A stretch of DNA of 64,000 nucleotides from Bacteroidaceae bacterium. Lineage in GTDB: Bacteria > Bacteroidota > Bacteroidia > Bacteroidales > Bacteroidaceae. Position 1 is the first letter of the stretch. Each line of letters starts with the position of its first letter. Below the pieces are notes generated by a model that was not told the DNA's origin, searched no databases, and saw nothing but the letters and a program-made list of their open reading frames with translations. Positions 48,815-58,300 of this stretch are shown here, one piece after another. The translations under genes and the position numbers were made by a program. The DNA lies in contig JAZLKL010000181.1 in the NCBI GenBank assembly GCA_045597585.1, positions 965-64,964 on the forward strand, given 5' to 3'.

Positions 48815-49032
48815 AATTATGTCGTTCATCTATTTTTAGGGTGGATTTTCACCAAGATTTTTATATGATTCAACACAGAGACACAGAAGCACTGAGATTT
48901 TATTGTTTTTAGAGAGCAAGAAAGAAAACTCTGTGTCTCCGCGACTCTGTGTTTAAGATAAAAATCCGAGGTAAAATCGAAATCAAAAATAAGGGAACGC
49001 TTTATTTTGGTGTCGGCTTACGGCCTCCGCTC
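48815..49032 (-). repeat. Palindromic intergenic element, copy B (opposite orientation to copy A, interrupted)
   Basis: Its two halves match copy A but are separated by a 102-nt insertion at 48859-48960. Confidence 0.7.
48859..48960. repeat. Nested hairpin element (CACAGAG words) inserted into copy B
   Basis: Arms aacacagagacacag... and ...ctctgtgtctccgcgactctgtgtt. The right arm resembles 59581-59612. Confidence 0.6.
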
Positions 49033-49134
49033 AGCCGCTTGCGGATGCTTCGCACTACTTTTGTCCCGTAGGCAAAAGTGTCTGCAGAAGAATATCTCAG
49101 AAAAATCTAATTCAAAATCTATTTAAAACCAAAA

Positions 49135-49180
49135 GGAGTTAAAGAAGTTAAAGGAGTTAAAGAAGTTAAAGGAGTAAATT
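49135..49180 (+). repeat. 18-nt tandem repeat GGAGTTAAAGAAGTTAAA x2.5, ending at the start codon
   Basis: Read directly. It ends at the ATG at 49181. Confidence 0.85.
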
Positions 49181-49816
49181 ATGACTATGATATGTAAGAA
49201 AGTGATGTACCTGGGCGCATTTGCTCTGGCATTGGGCACAAGTACTTTGATGACAAGTTGCAAGGACAAGGAACAGCAGAGCACGTCCAACGAGAAGGCA
49301 CTGGCTGATGACGATGACCTTCTAACAGGTCTGGGCAATCTGCTCAGCAAGAGCTGTGGCGAAGAAGGCTGTGAGGCCGGCGAAGAAGATGACGACGAAC
49401 TGGAGCTCATCGACGTGGACACCATTACCGACGACGAGGACGGCACAGAGATTCCTGTGGCCTACTTCAAGTGTGGCAATGAGATCTTCCAGCTGATGGA
49501 CATTGATGGCGATGGCACCTTCGACGTAGCCGTTTACGATGCCGATGACGACGGTGACATCACCGACGACGAAATTGTGGATGTCAGCTCAGAGGAAATC
49601 ACCATCGACGCCATTGCCGAGATGGCAGGTTGCTCCATGGACTGCGATGAGACAGAAGGATGCAACGCCTCGTGCAATGATAGCGACGAATGCGAAAGCG
49701 GTACATGCAGTTCATCAGGTCGCCGACTCCAGCGTCAGCACCAAGAGGAAGCCGACGAGTTAGATCTTCCCGACTATGTGAACAATGCCCACGTCAAGGC
49801 ATTACGTAAGAAATAG
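49181..49816 (+). CDS. Acidic lipoprotein with EF-hand-like Ca-binding loops and a Cys-rich tail
   Basis: Lipobox LMTSC. DADDDGDITDDE fits the 12-residue EF-hand loop pattern and DIDGDGTFD is a partial loop. The tail is CSMDCDETEGCNASCNDSDECESGTC. Confidence 0.65.
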   Translation: MTMICKKVMYLGAFALALGTSTLMTSCKDKEQQSTSNEKALADDDDLLTGLGNLLSKSCGEEGCEAGEEDDDELELIDVDTITDDEDGTEIPVAYFKCGNEIFQLMDIDGDGTFDVAVYDADDDGDITDDEIVDVSSEEITIDAIAEMAGCSMDCDETEGCNASCNDSDECESGTCSSSGRRLQRQHQEEADELDLPDYVNNAHVKALRKK

Positions 49817-49853
49817 AAAAAACGCTCAAGGACAGCCCCCAAACAGCCTAAGG

Positions 49854-49958
49854 ACAGCCCCCCAACCCCCGAGGGGGAGTAAGATGGATGAATACGGCCC
49901 GCACTAGCTAATTCTTCTCTCTTAATTCTTAATTTAAAATTATGGGTTGGGGGGCTGT
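49854..49958. repeat. Perfect 15-bp inverted repeat ACAGCCCCCCAACCC / GGGTTGGGGGGCTGT separated by 75 nt
   Basis: Read directly. There is also a local palindrome, CCCCCGAGGGGG, at 49866-49877. Confidence 0.75.
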
Positions 49959-50003
49959 TTCTCTCTTCTCTTTTCCTCACCCAGATTTAAAAATAGATTT
50001 TTA

Positions 50004-50049
50004 CCAGATTTTAAGGCCGTAGGCCTACGCCAAATATGTCGTTCATCTA
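50004..50049 (+). repeat. Partial copy C of the palindromic intergenic element
   Basis: agattttaaggccgtaggcctacgccaaatatgtcgttcatcta aligns with 31813-31856. Confidence 0.6.
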
Positions 50050-50052
50050 AAA

Positions 50053-50094
50053 AGACGCAAAGAATATAGAGAAAACCTCTGATTCTTTGCGTCT
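50053..50094. repeat. Hairpin built from GCAAAGA words
   Basis: Perfect 13-bp stem AGACGCAAAGAAT/ATTCTTTGCGTCT with a 16-nt loop. It is related to 59494-59570. Confidence 0.75.
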
Positions 50095-50310
50095 TTGCGT
50101 TTGAAAAATCATCGTGTAAGCCCGAATGTACACTATGCATTGTGAATTATAAATTGTCTTCATTTTTCAATTCCATAAGTCTTCCCGATATATTCCCGAT
50201 ATCAACCCGATATATTCCCGTTACATTCCCGTAGAAATTCAACCCGATGAAAAGAGATGTTTTGGGGTGATTGTCTCGTATTTGTGTAAAGAATTAGTTA
50301 AACTCATAAA

Positions 50311-50345
50311 TAGATCCCCACTCCTTAGCCGGAAGTGGGGATCTA
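50311..50345 (-). terminator. Hairpin terminator downstream of the GH31 gene
   Basis: 12-bp stem TAGATCCCCACT/AGTGGGGATCTA, 31 nt past the stop. The minus-strand trailing sequence is TTTATGAG. Confidence 0.6.
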
Positions 50346-50375
50346 TCTGTTGAATTACAAAGGGGGAAACCTAAG

Positions 50376-52859
50376 TTACTTCACCACAAGCTTCTTGCCA
50401 GTATAGGTGACCTGCTTGGTCTTGCCTCCCACTACGCTGACGGTGATGCGGAGGGGCTTGCTGAACTTGGCATCGCCCTGACGGTCGGAAATGGTAAGGG
50501 TACGCTTCTTGTCGTTCCATTTCAGCTTGAACGTGGAAGTGCCTTCTCCCTTCTCGTAGTCATAGCCGTCACCGGTATCCTGATAGACGTCAAACTCTGC
50601 ATCTCGTCCCGGATAGACCTTGACCTCCCAGGGAGTATCGCTGTAGAGCTGACTGTATTCCACCGTCTGCGAGAGGGGCAAGATGCTGCCTTCGCGCATG
50701 TAATGGGGAATGCGGTTGATGGCTGACTTCACCTGAAGGGTCTGACCGCCCTCATAACGCTGATTGGTATAGGCATCGTACCAGGCATTGCCCTTGGGCA
50801 GGTAGACCGAACGTGTGGTACCCACATCCGACTCAGGACCCTCGGGCGAGGCATCGGTGACAGGTGCCACCAGCATGGCAGGACCGAACATAAACTCATC
50901 CTTGATGTCGAGCACCTTGCTATCGTGGGGATAGTCGAATGCCAGGCAACGGGTCATGGTGTAGCCGTCGTGCGTGATGCGCGAAGCGAGCGAATAGGTA
51001 TAGGGCAACATGCGATAGCGCAGGTTGATGCAATCCATGATGGCATCGTAGAAACGTGTGCCAGGCTCACCAAACTGCCAGGGTTCGCGAGGGGTGTCGG
51101 AACCATGGCTACGCATCACAGGCAGGAAGGTGCTGTACTGCAACATACGCACGTAGAACTCACGATAGGCAGGATCCTTGCATCCGTTGGGGTACTCTCC
51201 TGCATAGAACCACGCCCAGCCCTTACGGGTGAAGAAGGCTCCGGCATCCACCGTCCAATAGGGGCAACCCGTAGCCATATAGTTCAGACCGGCAGGAATC
51301 ATCTGCTTGAACTGCTTCCAGCTGGCATAGGTATCACCGTTCCACACGATGGTTCCGTAACGCTGCTCACCGGCATAGCTGCTTCGGGTAAGGTTGACCA
51401 CTCGCTTGGCACTACTTGCCTCGCGCTGGTGCTCATAGATGCCACGGGCATGATACAGGGAGAAGAGCTGACTGCGCTCGTTACCCAGCGCATCGCACAG
51501 CTTTTTGCTCTGCAACTGCCAGCGCTCCTCATGGTTGTCGGCACCATAGTTGGCACCACGGTTCGACCAGTCGGCATCCAGAGGCTCGGAAGAGTCACAC
51601 CACCATGCGTCGAAGTCGTTCTTGAAGAACTCGTTGTTGGCATAGCTCCAGTAGAGGTCGCGCGCCTCCTTGTTGAAGGCATCGTACACATTCTGACCGG
51701 GGAACAGGAATCCACGGTTCTTGAAATCGTCATACTGGGGTGAGTTTGACATATTGGGCCAGATGGAAATCATCAGTTTGGCATGCATGGCATGCACGTC
51801 GTCGGCCATCTTCTTTTTGTCGGGATAGCGAGAGGCTTCCATGCTCATCGTACCCCAGCTGCCATCCTTCCAGTAGTTCCAGTCCTGCACAATGCAGTCG
51901 ATGGGGATGTGACGCTTGCGGAACTCACGCAGCGTGTTCACCAGGTCGTCCTGCGAGAAGTAACGCTCCTTGCTCTGCGTATAGCCAAACACCCAGAGGG
52001 GCATCATGGGAACCTGACCCGTAAGCCAGCGATAGGCCGACACGGTGGCATCCATGTTGTGACCCTTCATGAAGTAATAGTCGAGCGCCTGCGCTGCCTC
52101 CACCTCCACCACGGTGCAACCATTGGCCTGCGTGTCGTCGAACATCATGGCACTACCGGCATCCATCAAGAGGCCATAGCCTGCTGTGGAGTTGAGCACG
52201 GGCACCATGGCCTTCAGGTTGTGCTGGGCCAGATACTGCTTCTTGCCACGCAGGTTCATATAGTCCTCCATGTGCTGACCCAGACCATACATGGCCTCGC
52301 CCTGCTGCAACTGCAGCTGCAGGCGATACTGCCAGGTGCGACCCACGGTGTCACGACGCAACACGTCCATACGCTCCTTCTCGCCGTCCACGGTCTTCTC
52401 TATGCGACGTGTCGATTCATCATAGATGACGTTCTCGGTAACCTGAAGCGTAGAGGGATGTGGATTGTCATGCTCCTTCAGCAACGCCCTACCCTTGTGG
52501 TCGCTGTACGTAATCCTGCCCGTGAGGGTATTGATGCCCACCTGCAAACTGTCGGAATAGAGCACGATGTTGGAACCGGTCTGCTTCACATCCTTCAGGT
52601 ACGTCTGGGACAGGGCATCGGGATAGACCTCTGCATAGTTGCATACGCCAGTAGTGTTCTGGTAACCTGCTTCGTGAGAGGCTGTCACACGCACGATGTC
52701 AGGACGGACGAACGTGACATGAAGCTGACTACCGTCGGCCAACGTCATCCCAACACCTCTTCCCTTCTCTACACGAACCTTATCAACATTAATCGCCGAC
52801 GCGCTGAGGCACGCCGACGATATAATGGTAAATAAGGAAATACGACGAAGAAATCTCAT
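50376..52859 (-). CDS. Glycoside hydrolase family 31 (alpha-xylosidase/alpha-glucosidase-like)
   Basis: Signal peptide. GYTQSKERYFSQDD...IPIDCIVQDWNYW and the WWCDSSEP catalytic-region pattern are typical of GH31. Confidence 0.85.
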   Translation of the reverse strand: MRFLRRISLFTIISSACLSASAINVDKVRVEKGRGVGMTLADGSQLHVTFVRPDIVRVTASHEAGYQNTTGVCNYAEVYPDALSQTYLKDVKQTGSNIVLYSDSLQVGINTLTGRITYSDHKGRALLKEHDNPHPSTLQVTENVIYDESTRRIEKTVDGEKERMDVLRRDTVGRTWQYRLQLQLQQGEAMYGLGQHMEDYMNLRGKKQYLAQHNLKAMVPVLNSTAGYGLLMDAGSAMMFDDTQANGCTVVEVEAAQALDYYFMKGHNMDATVSAYRWLTGQVPMMPLWVFGYTQSKERYFSQDDLVNTLREFRKRHIPIDCIVQDWNYWKDGSWGTMSMEASRYPDKKKMADDVHAMHAKLMISIWPNMSNSPQYDDFKNRGFLFPGQNVYDAFNKEARDLYWSYANNEFFKNDFDAWWCDSSEPLDADWSNRGANYGADNHEERWQLQSKKLCDALGNERSQLFSLYHARGIYEHQREASSAKRVVNLTRSSYAGEQRYGTIVWNGDTYASWKQFKQMIPAGLNYMATGCPYWTVDAGAFFTRKGWAWFYAGEYPNGCKDPAYREFYVRMLQYSTFLPVMRSHGSDTPREPWQFGEPGTRFYDAIMDCINLRYRMLPYTYSLASRITHDGYTMTRCLAFDYPHDSKVLDIKDEFMFGPAMLVAPVTDASPEGPESDVGTTRSVYLPKGNAWYDAYTNQRYEGGQTLQVKSAINRIPHYMREGSILPLSQTVEYSQLYSDTPWEVKVYPGRDAEFDVYQDTGDGYDYEKGEGTSTFKLKWNDKKRTLTISDRQGDAKFSKPLRITVSVVGGKTKQVTYTGKKLVVK

Positions 52860-52879
52860 AGTATCCTTATTATAGAGTC

Positions 52880-54961
52880 TTAGTTAATCAGATAAACCTT
52901 CTTGACACCCTTGTAAGAAGCAGTCACCGTGGCACGACCTGCCGCAATGGGACTCACCTCGAATGTCACACTGGGATCGGATGAAGTGGCCTTGATGCTT
53001 GAATTGGGATTCAGACGGCCATATACCTGATAACGGTTCACATCACAATAGCCATTCTGGTTGGTGGCGAAGATGGGGGTGTTGCTCATCACGATGTTCT
53101 GACCATCAATGCTGATCTGAACGGTGGGAACCACGGGAGCCTCGCAGGCTGCACCATTCTTGGAGAAACCAATTCCGTGAATGTCCACCAAACCACGGGG
53201 ACGCTGGGGTTGCTGGGGCTGGCGACCACCGAAGCGGGGCTGCTGCTGCGCCTCCAGCACCTCAGGACCCTCTACCACGAGGTAGATGGCATGCTTGCCG
53301 GTAAGACCCTCTACTGCGGGCACTGCGGCACTCAGCATGACGGGCTTGGCCTGTGCGCCACCAAAGCCACCCCAACCACCACGCTGGGGCTGAGAGGCAG
53401 CGGGAACGTCGATCACGGCAATCTCCTTGCCATTCCAGGTGTTGTTGGCATAAGGACCATCGAGCATGACGTGAATCTTGCATGCCTGGGCACTGGGAGT
53501 CACGTTGATGTTGATCTTGGCGTTGTCGCCTGCCTTGACACCGGCAAAAGGCTTGCAACCGTTCTTCTCGGTGTCAAGACCACCGAAGCCAAAGTACTTC
53601 CAACCTACGATGGCACCATTCTTCAAGCCACACACATCCTGTGAGTTGTTCCATACATCCCAGGTGTCCTGCATGGCATTGTTGTCGGTGATGTAGCAGG
53701 CAATACCTGCAGAATAATACTTATAAGGATCAAGACCGAAGATCTGGAAACCCTCAGAGGTAACCTCGGCACCGGTGTAATGGTCGCCGTTGGAAGCCAA
53801 AGCACTCCACTCATTGCCCTTCACATAAGGATCATAGCCGATGATGCGCACCTTACCACCCTTGGCCACGGGCTTCTTGTCCCACTCAATCTTGACGGGA
53901 GCCACCATAGCCTGACGGGCATTGCCGAAACCACGGGGAGGACGATGGTAGAACACGTACCACTGACCGTTGATCTCCTGCAGAGAACCGTGGGTGTTGT
54001 GGGCAAAGTTGGTGGTGGTAAGCTTGGAACCATCCTCGTTGAGCACTACGCCACGAGAGTCAACCAACACACCACCTGAACGCCAGGGGCCCAGAGGACT
54101 GTCGCCATAGGCATAGCGAAGTGCCGAGTTGGTAGAACCCAAGCCATAGTCGGGACCAGAATAGCCCGAGAAGACCATGACATACTTGTTGCCTACCTGA
54201 CGGATGGAAGAGGCCTCGAAGAAGTTGAACTCACCGGGGTTCTGACCCTTGTAGAGTGCAGGGTATTCGGTTCCCTGGGGGTCGCGCACCTCACCATAGC
54301 GTGAAGAGGCAGGGATGAAGTAGTCGTGAATCTGGGTACCAGGACGCACGCTGTACATGGTGTTCTGGTCGAGCTCAGCTGCCGTAGAGTGCTGGAAACC
54401 ATAGAACACATAGGCGCGGAAGCCCTTGTCATAGTCCTTATCCTTCTTGTCGGTGATGTTCTCGATGAACACAGAGGGGTCGAAGTCAATCATAGATCCC
54501 TCCTTGCAACGACGGCCATCCTCGCTGGCATTGATGGGCACAAAAGGTCCGTTGGGACGATTGCCCTTGGCCACCATAGCCACACGGCCATTACCACGAG
54601 AGTGAGGATAGAGGTAATACACTTTCTTGCCATTCTCCTTCACCTCAACCAGGTCGGGAGCATACATGGTGTCCCACTGGCCATCGATGTAGTATTTGAA
54701 GAGTGAACCTTCGTTGCGCCACTGCGAGAGATCCTCTACAGGGGCTGACCACATACGGATGTCGGGACCGCAGTAGGCGGTGTTGGTGACATCGTGTGAA
54801 CCGATAATGTAGGCACGATACTTACCTGGGTTGTCAGGATCCTCAAACACGCGAGGTTCACCATCGGGTACATGCTCCCAAAGGGGCAGATAGGGGTTCT
54901 GAGCCTGTGTGCTGGAAGCCAACATCAGCGCAAAGGCCGACAAAATGTGTTTTGTTTTCAT
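52880..54961 (-). CDS. Glycoside hydrolase family 43 with C-terminal CBM/Ig-like domains
   Basis: Start set at MKTKHILSAF. NPYLPLWEHVPDGEPRVFEDPD...IIGSHD is typical of a GH43 beta-propeller. Gly/Gln/Pro-rich linkers (QPQRGGWGGFGG, QQQPRFGGRQPQQPQRPRG). Confidence 0.8.
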   Translation of the reverse strand: MKTKHILSAFALMLASSTQAQNPYLPLWEHVPDGEPRVFEDPDNPGKYRAYIIGSHDVTNTAYCGPDIRMWSAPVEDLSQWRNEGSLFKYYIDGQWDTMYAPDLVEVKENGKKVYYLYPHSRGNGRVAMVAKGNRPNGPFVPINASEDGRRCKEGSMIDFDPSVFIENITDKKDKDYDKGFRAYVFYGFQHSTAAELDQNTMYSVRPGTQIHDYFIPASSRYGEVRDPQGTEYPALYKGQNPGEFNFFEASSIRQVGNKYVMVFSGYSGPDYGLGSTNSALRYAYGDSPLGPWRSGGVLVDSRGVVLNEDGSKLTTTNFAHNTHGSLQEINGQWYVFYHRPPRGFGNARQAMVAPVKIEWDKKPVAKGGKVRIIGYDPYVKGNEWSALASNGDHYTGAEVTSEGFQIFGLDPYKYYSAGIACYITDNNAMQDTWDVWNNSQDVCGLKNGAIVGWKYFGFGGLDTEKNGCKPFAGVKAGDNAKININVTPSAQACKIHVMLDGPYANNTWNGKEIAVIDVPAASQPQRGGWGGFGGAQAKPVMLSAAVPAVEGLTGKHAIYLVVEGPEVLEAQQQPRFGGRQPQQPQRPRGLVDIHGIGFSKNGAACEAPVVPTVQISIDGQNIVMSNTPIFATNQNGYCDVNRYQVYGRLNPNSSIKATSSDPSVTFEVSPIAAGRATVTASYKGVKKVYLIN

Positions 54962-54970
54962 TTTGAAAAG

Positions 54971-55020
54971 AATAAAATTAGTTTTTGCTAATAAAATTAG
55001 TTTTTGCAAAATTAGTTTCT
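54971..55020. repeat. 19-nt tandem repeat AATAAAATTAGTTTTTGC(T) x2.7 directly upstream of the GH43 start
   Basis: Read directly. Confidence 0.85.
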
Positions 55021-55095
55021 AAGGTTTTGAGGTTCTGTGGTTCTGAGGTTAAGACCATACAACCTTAAAACCTTATAACCACATAACCTTAAAAC
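55021..55095. repeat. Long imperfect hairpin (AGGTT/AACCT words)
   Basis: aaggttttgaggttctgtggttctgaggttaag - accatac - aaccttaaaaccttataaccacataaccttaaaac. Confidence 0.7.
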
Positions 55096-55106
55096 TAAAT
55101 ACCTTG

Positions 55107-55114
55107 CAAAGATA
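55107..55114 (-). promoter_or_regulatory. -7 promoter box (TATCTTTG on the minus strand) for GH43
   Basis: CAAAGATA on the plus strand, about 146 nt upstream of the ATG at 54961. The hairpin and tandem repeats would lie in the 5' UTR. Confidence 0.5.
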
Positions 55115-55292
55115 ATAATTTAATATAACTTTTCTAATCAAAAATGTTTCTTTTCTTAAAAACACGCGTCAGAATGCAACAAATACACCAAAAATGACAC
55201 AAAATTGACACAAAATAGCATTTATGTAACATAAAATGTATCACAAACGCACAAATTATCTCCGTTTATTTGCCCGATTAGCAAAAAGGTAT

Positions 55293-55300
55293 TATCTTTG
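55293..55300 (+). promoter_or_regulatory. -7 promoter box (TATCTTTG) for the HTCS gene
   Basis: Lies 40 nt upstream of the ATG at 55340. Confidence 0.6.
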
Positions 55301-55339
55301 CATTAACTAACAACCAAAATACAATATATACCATTAGAC

Positions 55340-58300
55340 ATGAAATACTCTATTGTAAGCAGGATATACATACTGATAACCATTTGCCTTTTTTCACAGC
55401 ACATACATAGCCAAACCAACCGCCTTTATACCACACAACATGGATTGGCCACGAGTGACATCTCGTCACTATGTATCGACAGTCGTGAACTGGCATGGAT
55501 TGCCGGTAAAAACACCATCGGATACTTTGATGGTGCACAGTTCCACTATATCCCCAACAACGACTCGCACACTGGACAGCCACTGTTCAACAATGCAATG
55601 GCTATCACGGAGGAAGAGAACGACAACTTCTGGGTGGCTACCAACCGCGGACTGATGTACTTTGACAGCCACAAACTGAAATTCGAGCACATAGAACTGA
55701 ATGAGGATGAGGGCAAGTTCGGCGGCTACTCCATCAAACAGATTATCGACATTCCCACCCGTAAGAATACCAAACTCATCATCACCGAAGGCTATGGCGT
55801 GCACTTCTTCGACACAAAGACGCATAAGGTAGTAGAAAAGGAAACCCAGAAACTGCAAAAGCAGATCGAGGAATCGTTTGTTGTTACCGCATTCATCGAC
55901 ACCCGTAACCGCATTTGGCTTTCCACTATAAGAAAGGACTTAAAATGCTTTGATTCCAAGACACTTGAGCCTATCGACTTTGAAATATCGCCAAGTGCAA
56001 GGGAACTCATGCAGAAAAGCAACATGGCGGAAATAGTAGAGGTGAGGGAGCGAAAAGCACTCTACATGGCTACCTATGCCGGACTGCTGAAGTTCGACGA
56101 AAAGACACAAAGACTGGAACCCGTGACCAGCGCCATAGGCAAGAACATACAGGCTTTGCTCTACACGCAGAACAACGAACTGCTGGCCGGTACCGACAGC
56201 GAGGGAATATGGAAAATTAATGAGGATGAATCGTTGGAGAAATACGAGGTCAGCGACCAGCAGTTCGACCTCTCATTCGGTAAGGTGCGCGACATGGTGC
56301 AGGACAACGACGGCAACATTCTCATCGCCTTCTTGCAAAAGGGTCTGCTTGTCATACCCCATCGCAGGGACGAATTCCGCTACCATGCCATCTCGTTCCA
56401 CAAGAACGACAAGAACACCTCGTGCATCACATCCATAGCCACCGACAGCAAGAACAACTTCTGGATTGGAACCGATGGCGCTGGGGTATTCTGCACACAG
56501 GGTGCCAACTTCCAGACGGCTAGCCCTGTCAACCAAGGTCTGCGCTCTCTCCTGGTGCAGTCGGTGGTAGTGGACAAGAACGACAACATCTGGGTGGCTA
56601 CCTACGGAGGCGGTGTGCAACTATGGAAAGGCGACCACTTTGAGACTCCACACTGGCTGGAGATGCTTGCTAACATGAACATCAAGGGTATGCACTATGA
56701 CAAGCTCAACAACCTCATCATAGTGGCATCCAACGGCAACGGTGTCTTTGTGCTCAACCCCGACACACACACGTTTGAGGGACGATGGGTGATGGGACAA
56801 AGTGCATGGATATCGACCGTATATGTGGACAACGACGAGACCCTCTGGATTGGCGACGTGTCGGGTGTCTATTTCATCGACAAGAACAACGAGCAGGGCA
56901 GTCTGAAGCCTGACATCGTGAAAGGTACGCCCAACTGCTTCATCACCCTGGGAAGTGGAAAGGATAAGAAAATGCTGATTGGTACCACTAACGGCATCAT
57001 CATCTACGATGTGGCCTCACAGCAGACGGAACGTATGCTTGACCATGAATACATCGCGGCCTTCAACGAGTCGCCCAACGACATCTGGGTATCGGCCTCC
57101 AACCGCATCTATGCCATCAACAAGCAGACGATGAAGACGGAACGCTACAACTCCATCGGCGGATTCTATGTGGGCGAGTTCCACCAGGGGGCTGCACTCA
57201 ACAAGAATGGGGAACTCTTCTTTGGCTGCGACAACGGCATCATCAGTTTCGACCCACGAGGCATACGACAGCCACATAAGATTGCCAGTCAGATTCTCTT
57301 TACCAGTCTGCGTGTGAACAATGCCATCATCAACTACAGCGACAGCACCGTCTATCTGGACAAGGCATTGCTCTATGCCGACAAGATCACCCTACCCTAC
57401 GACGAGAACTCCTTCCGCCTTACCTTCAGCGCACCCCATCTGAGCTCACCCCGACAGGTGCAGTATGAATACATGCTGGAAGGCTTTGACGAGCACTGGG
57501 TGCCCTGCACACTGATGCAGTCGGCCTACTACAACAATCTGCCCTCTGGAAACTATACCCTGAAGGTGCGTGCCTACATAGAGGGCGACCCTGCCAGCGC
57601 CATCGACAAGTCCATACGAATCAAGGTAATGGCTCCCTGGTATGATACCTTCTGGGCATACATTATATATATATTGCTGCTTGCCGCAGGTGCCTATGCC
57701 ACATGGCTGTTCATGAAAAACCGACGTGAGCAACGCAGAGCCTTGCGTGCCGCCTTGCATAACGAGGAAATCAAGGAGGCCAAACTGCGTATGTTCACCA
57801 GCATTGCACACGAACTGCGCAACCCGCTCACCATGATCGTATCGCCACTGAACCACCTCATCACGGTATTCGACGACGAGAAGGATGCGGCACATGCCAA
57901 CCGCGAAAACGTGCAGAACAACCTGCACATCATGAAGCATAACTGCAACCGACTGCTCGACATCGTAAAGCAGATCACCGACATGCGCAAGATCGACGCA
58001 GGACAGTTCCACCTGCACTTCAGGGAGGTGAATATGTGTGAGTATATTCGCAACATCGCTACCTCGTTCCTCGGAGCTGCCAAGATGAAGAACATCACCT
58101 TCACGGTGGATGACAGCGAGTCGGTAATACCGGCATGGATTGACCCGGTTCACTTCGAGAAGATTATCGTAAACATACTCTCCAATGCCTTCAAGTTCTG
58201 TCCCGAAGGCAACCGCATTACCATGCGCACCCGCATCGTGGGCAAGAATGTGGAGATCAGCATCTACAACAGTGGTTCAAGCATTGAGGAGTCGGCACTG

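Noticed and set aside
49123-49446. A 107-aa Ser-rich minus-strand ORF ending in FNFFNSFNFFNSFWF.
   Set aside because: It is the antisense reading of the Asp-rich lipoprotein gene and of the 18-nt tandem repeat, so it is a compositional artefact.
54971-55095. Possible CRISPR array among the many short direct repeats (also 47172-47300, 49135-49180, 50181-50249).
   Set aside because: Repeat periods are 7-19 nt with no unique spacers of about 30 nt, and no cas genes are present. These are tandem or stutter repeats, not CRISPR.
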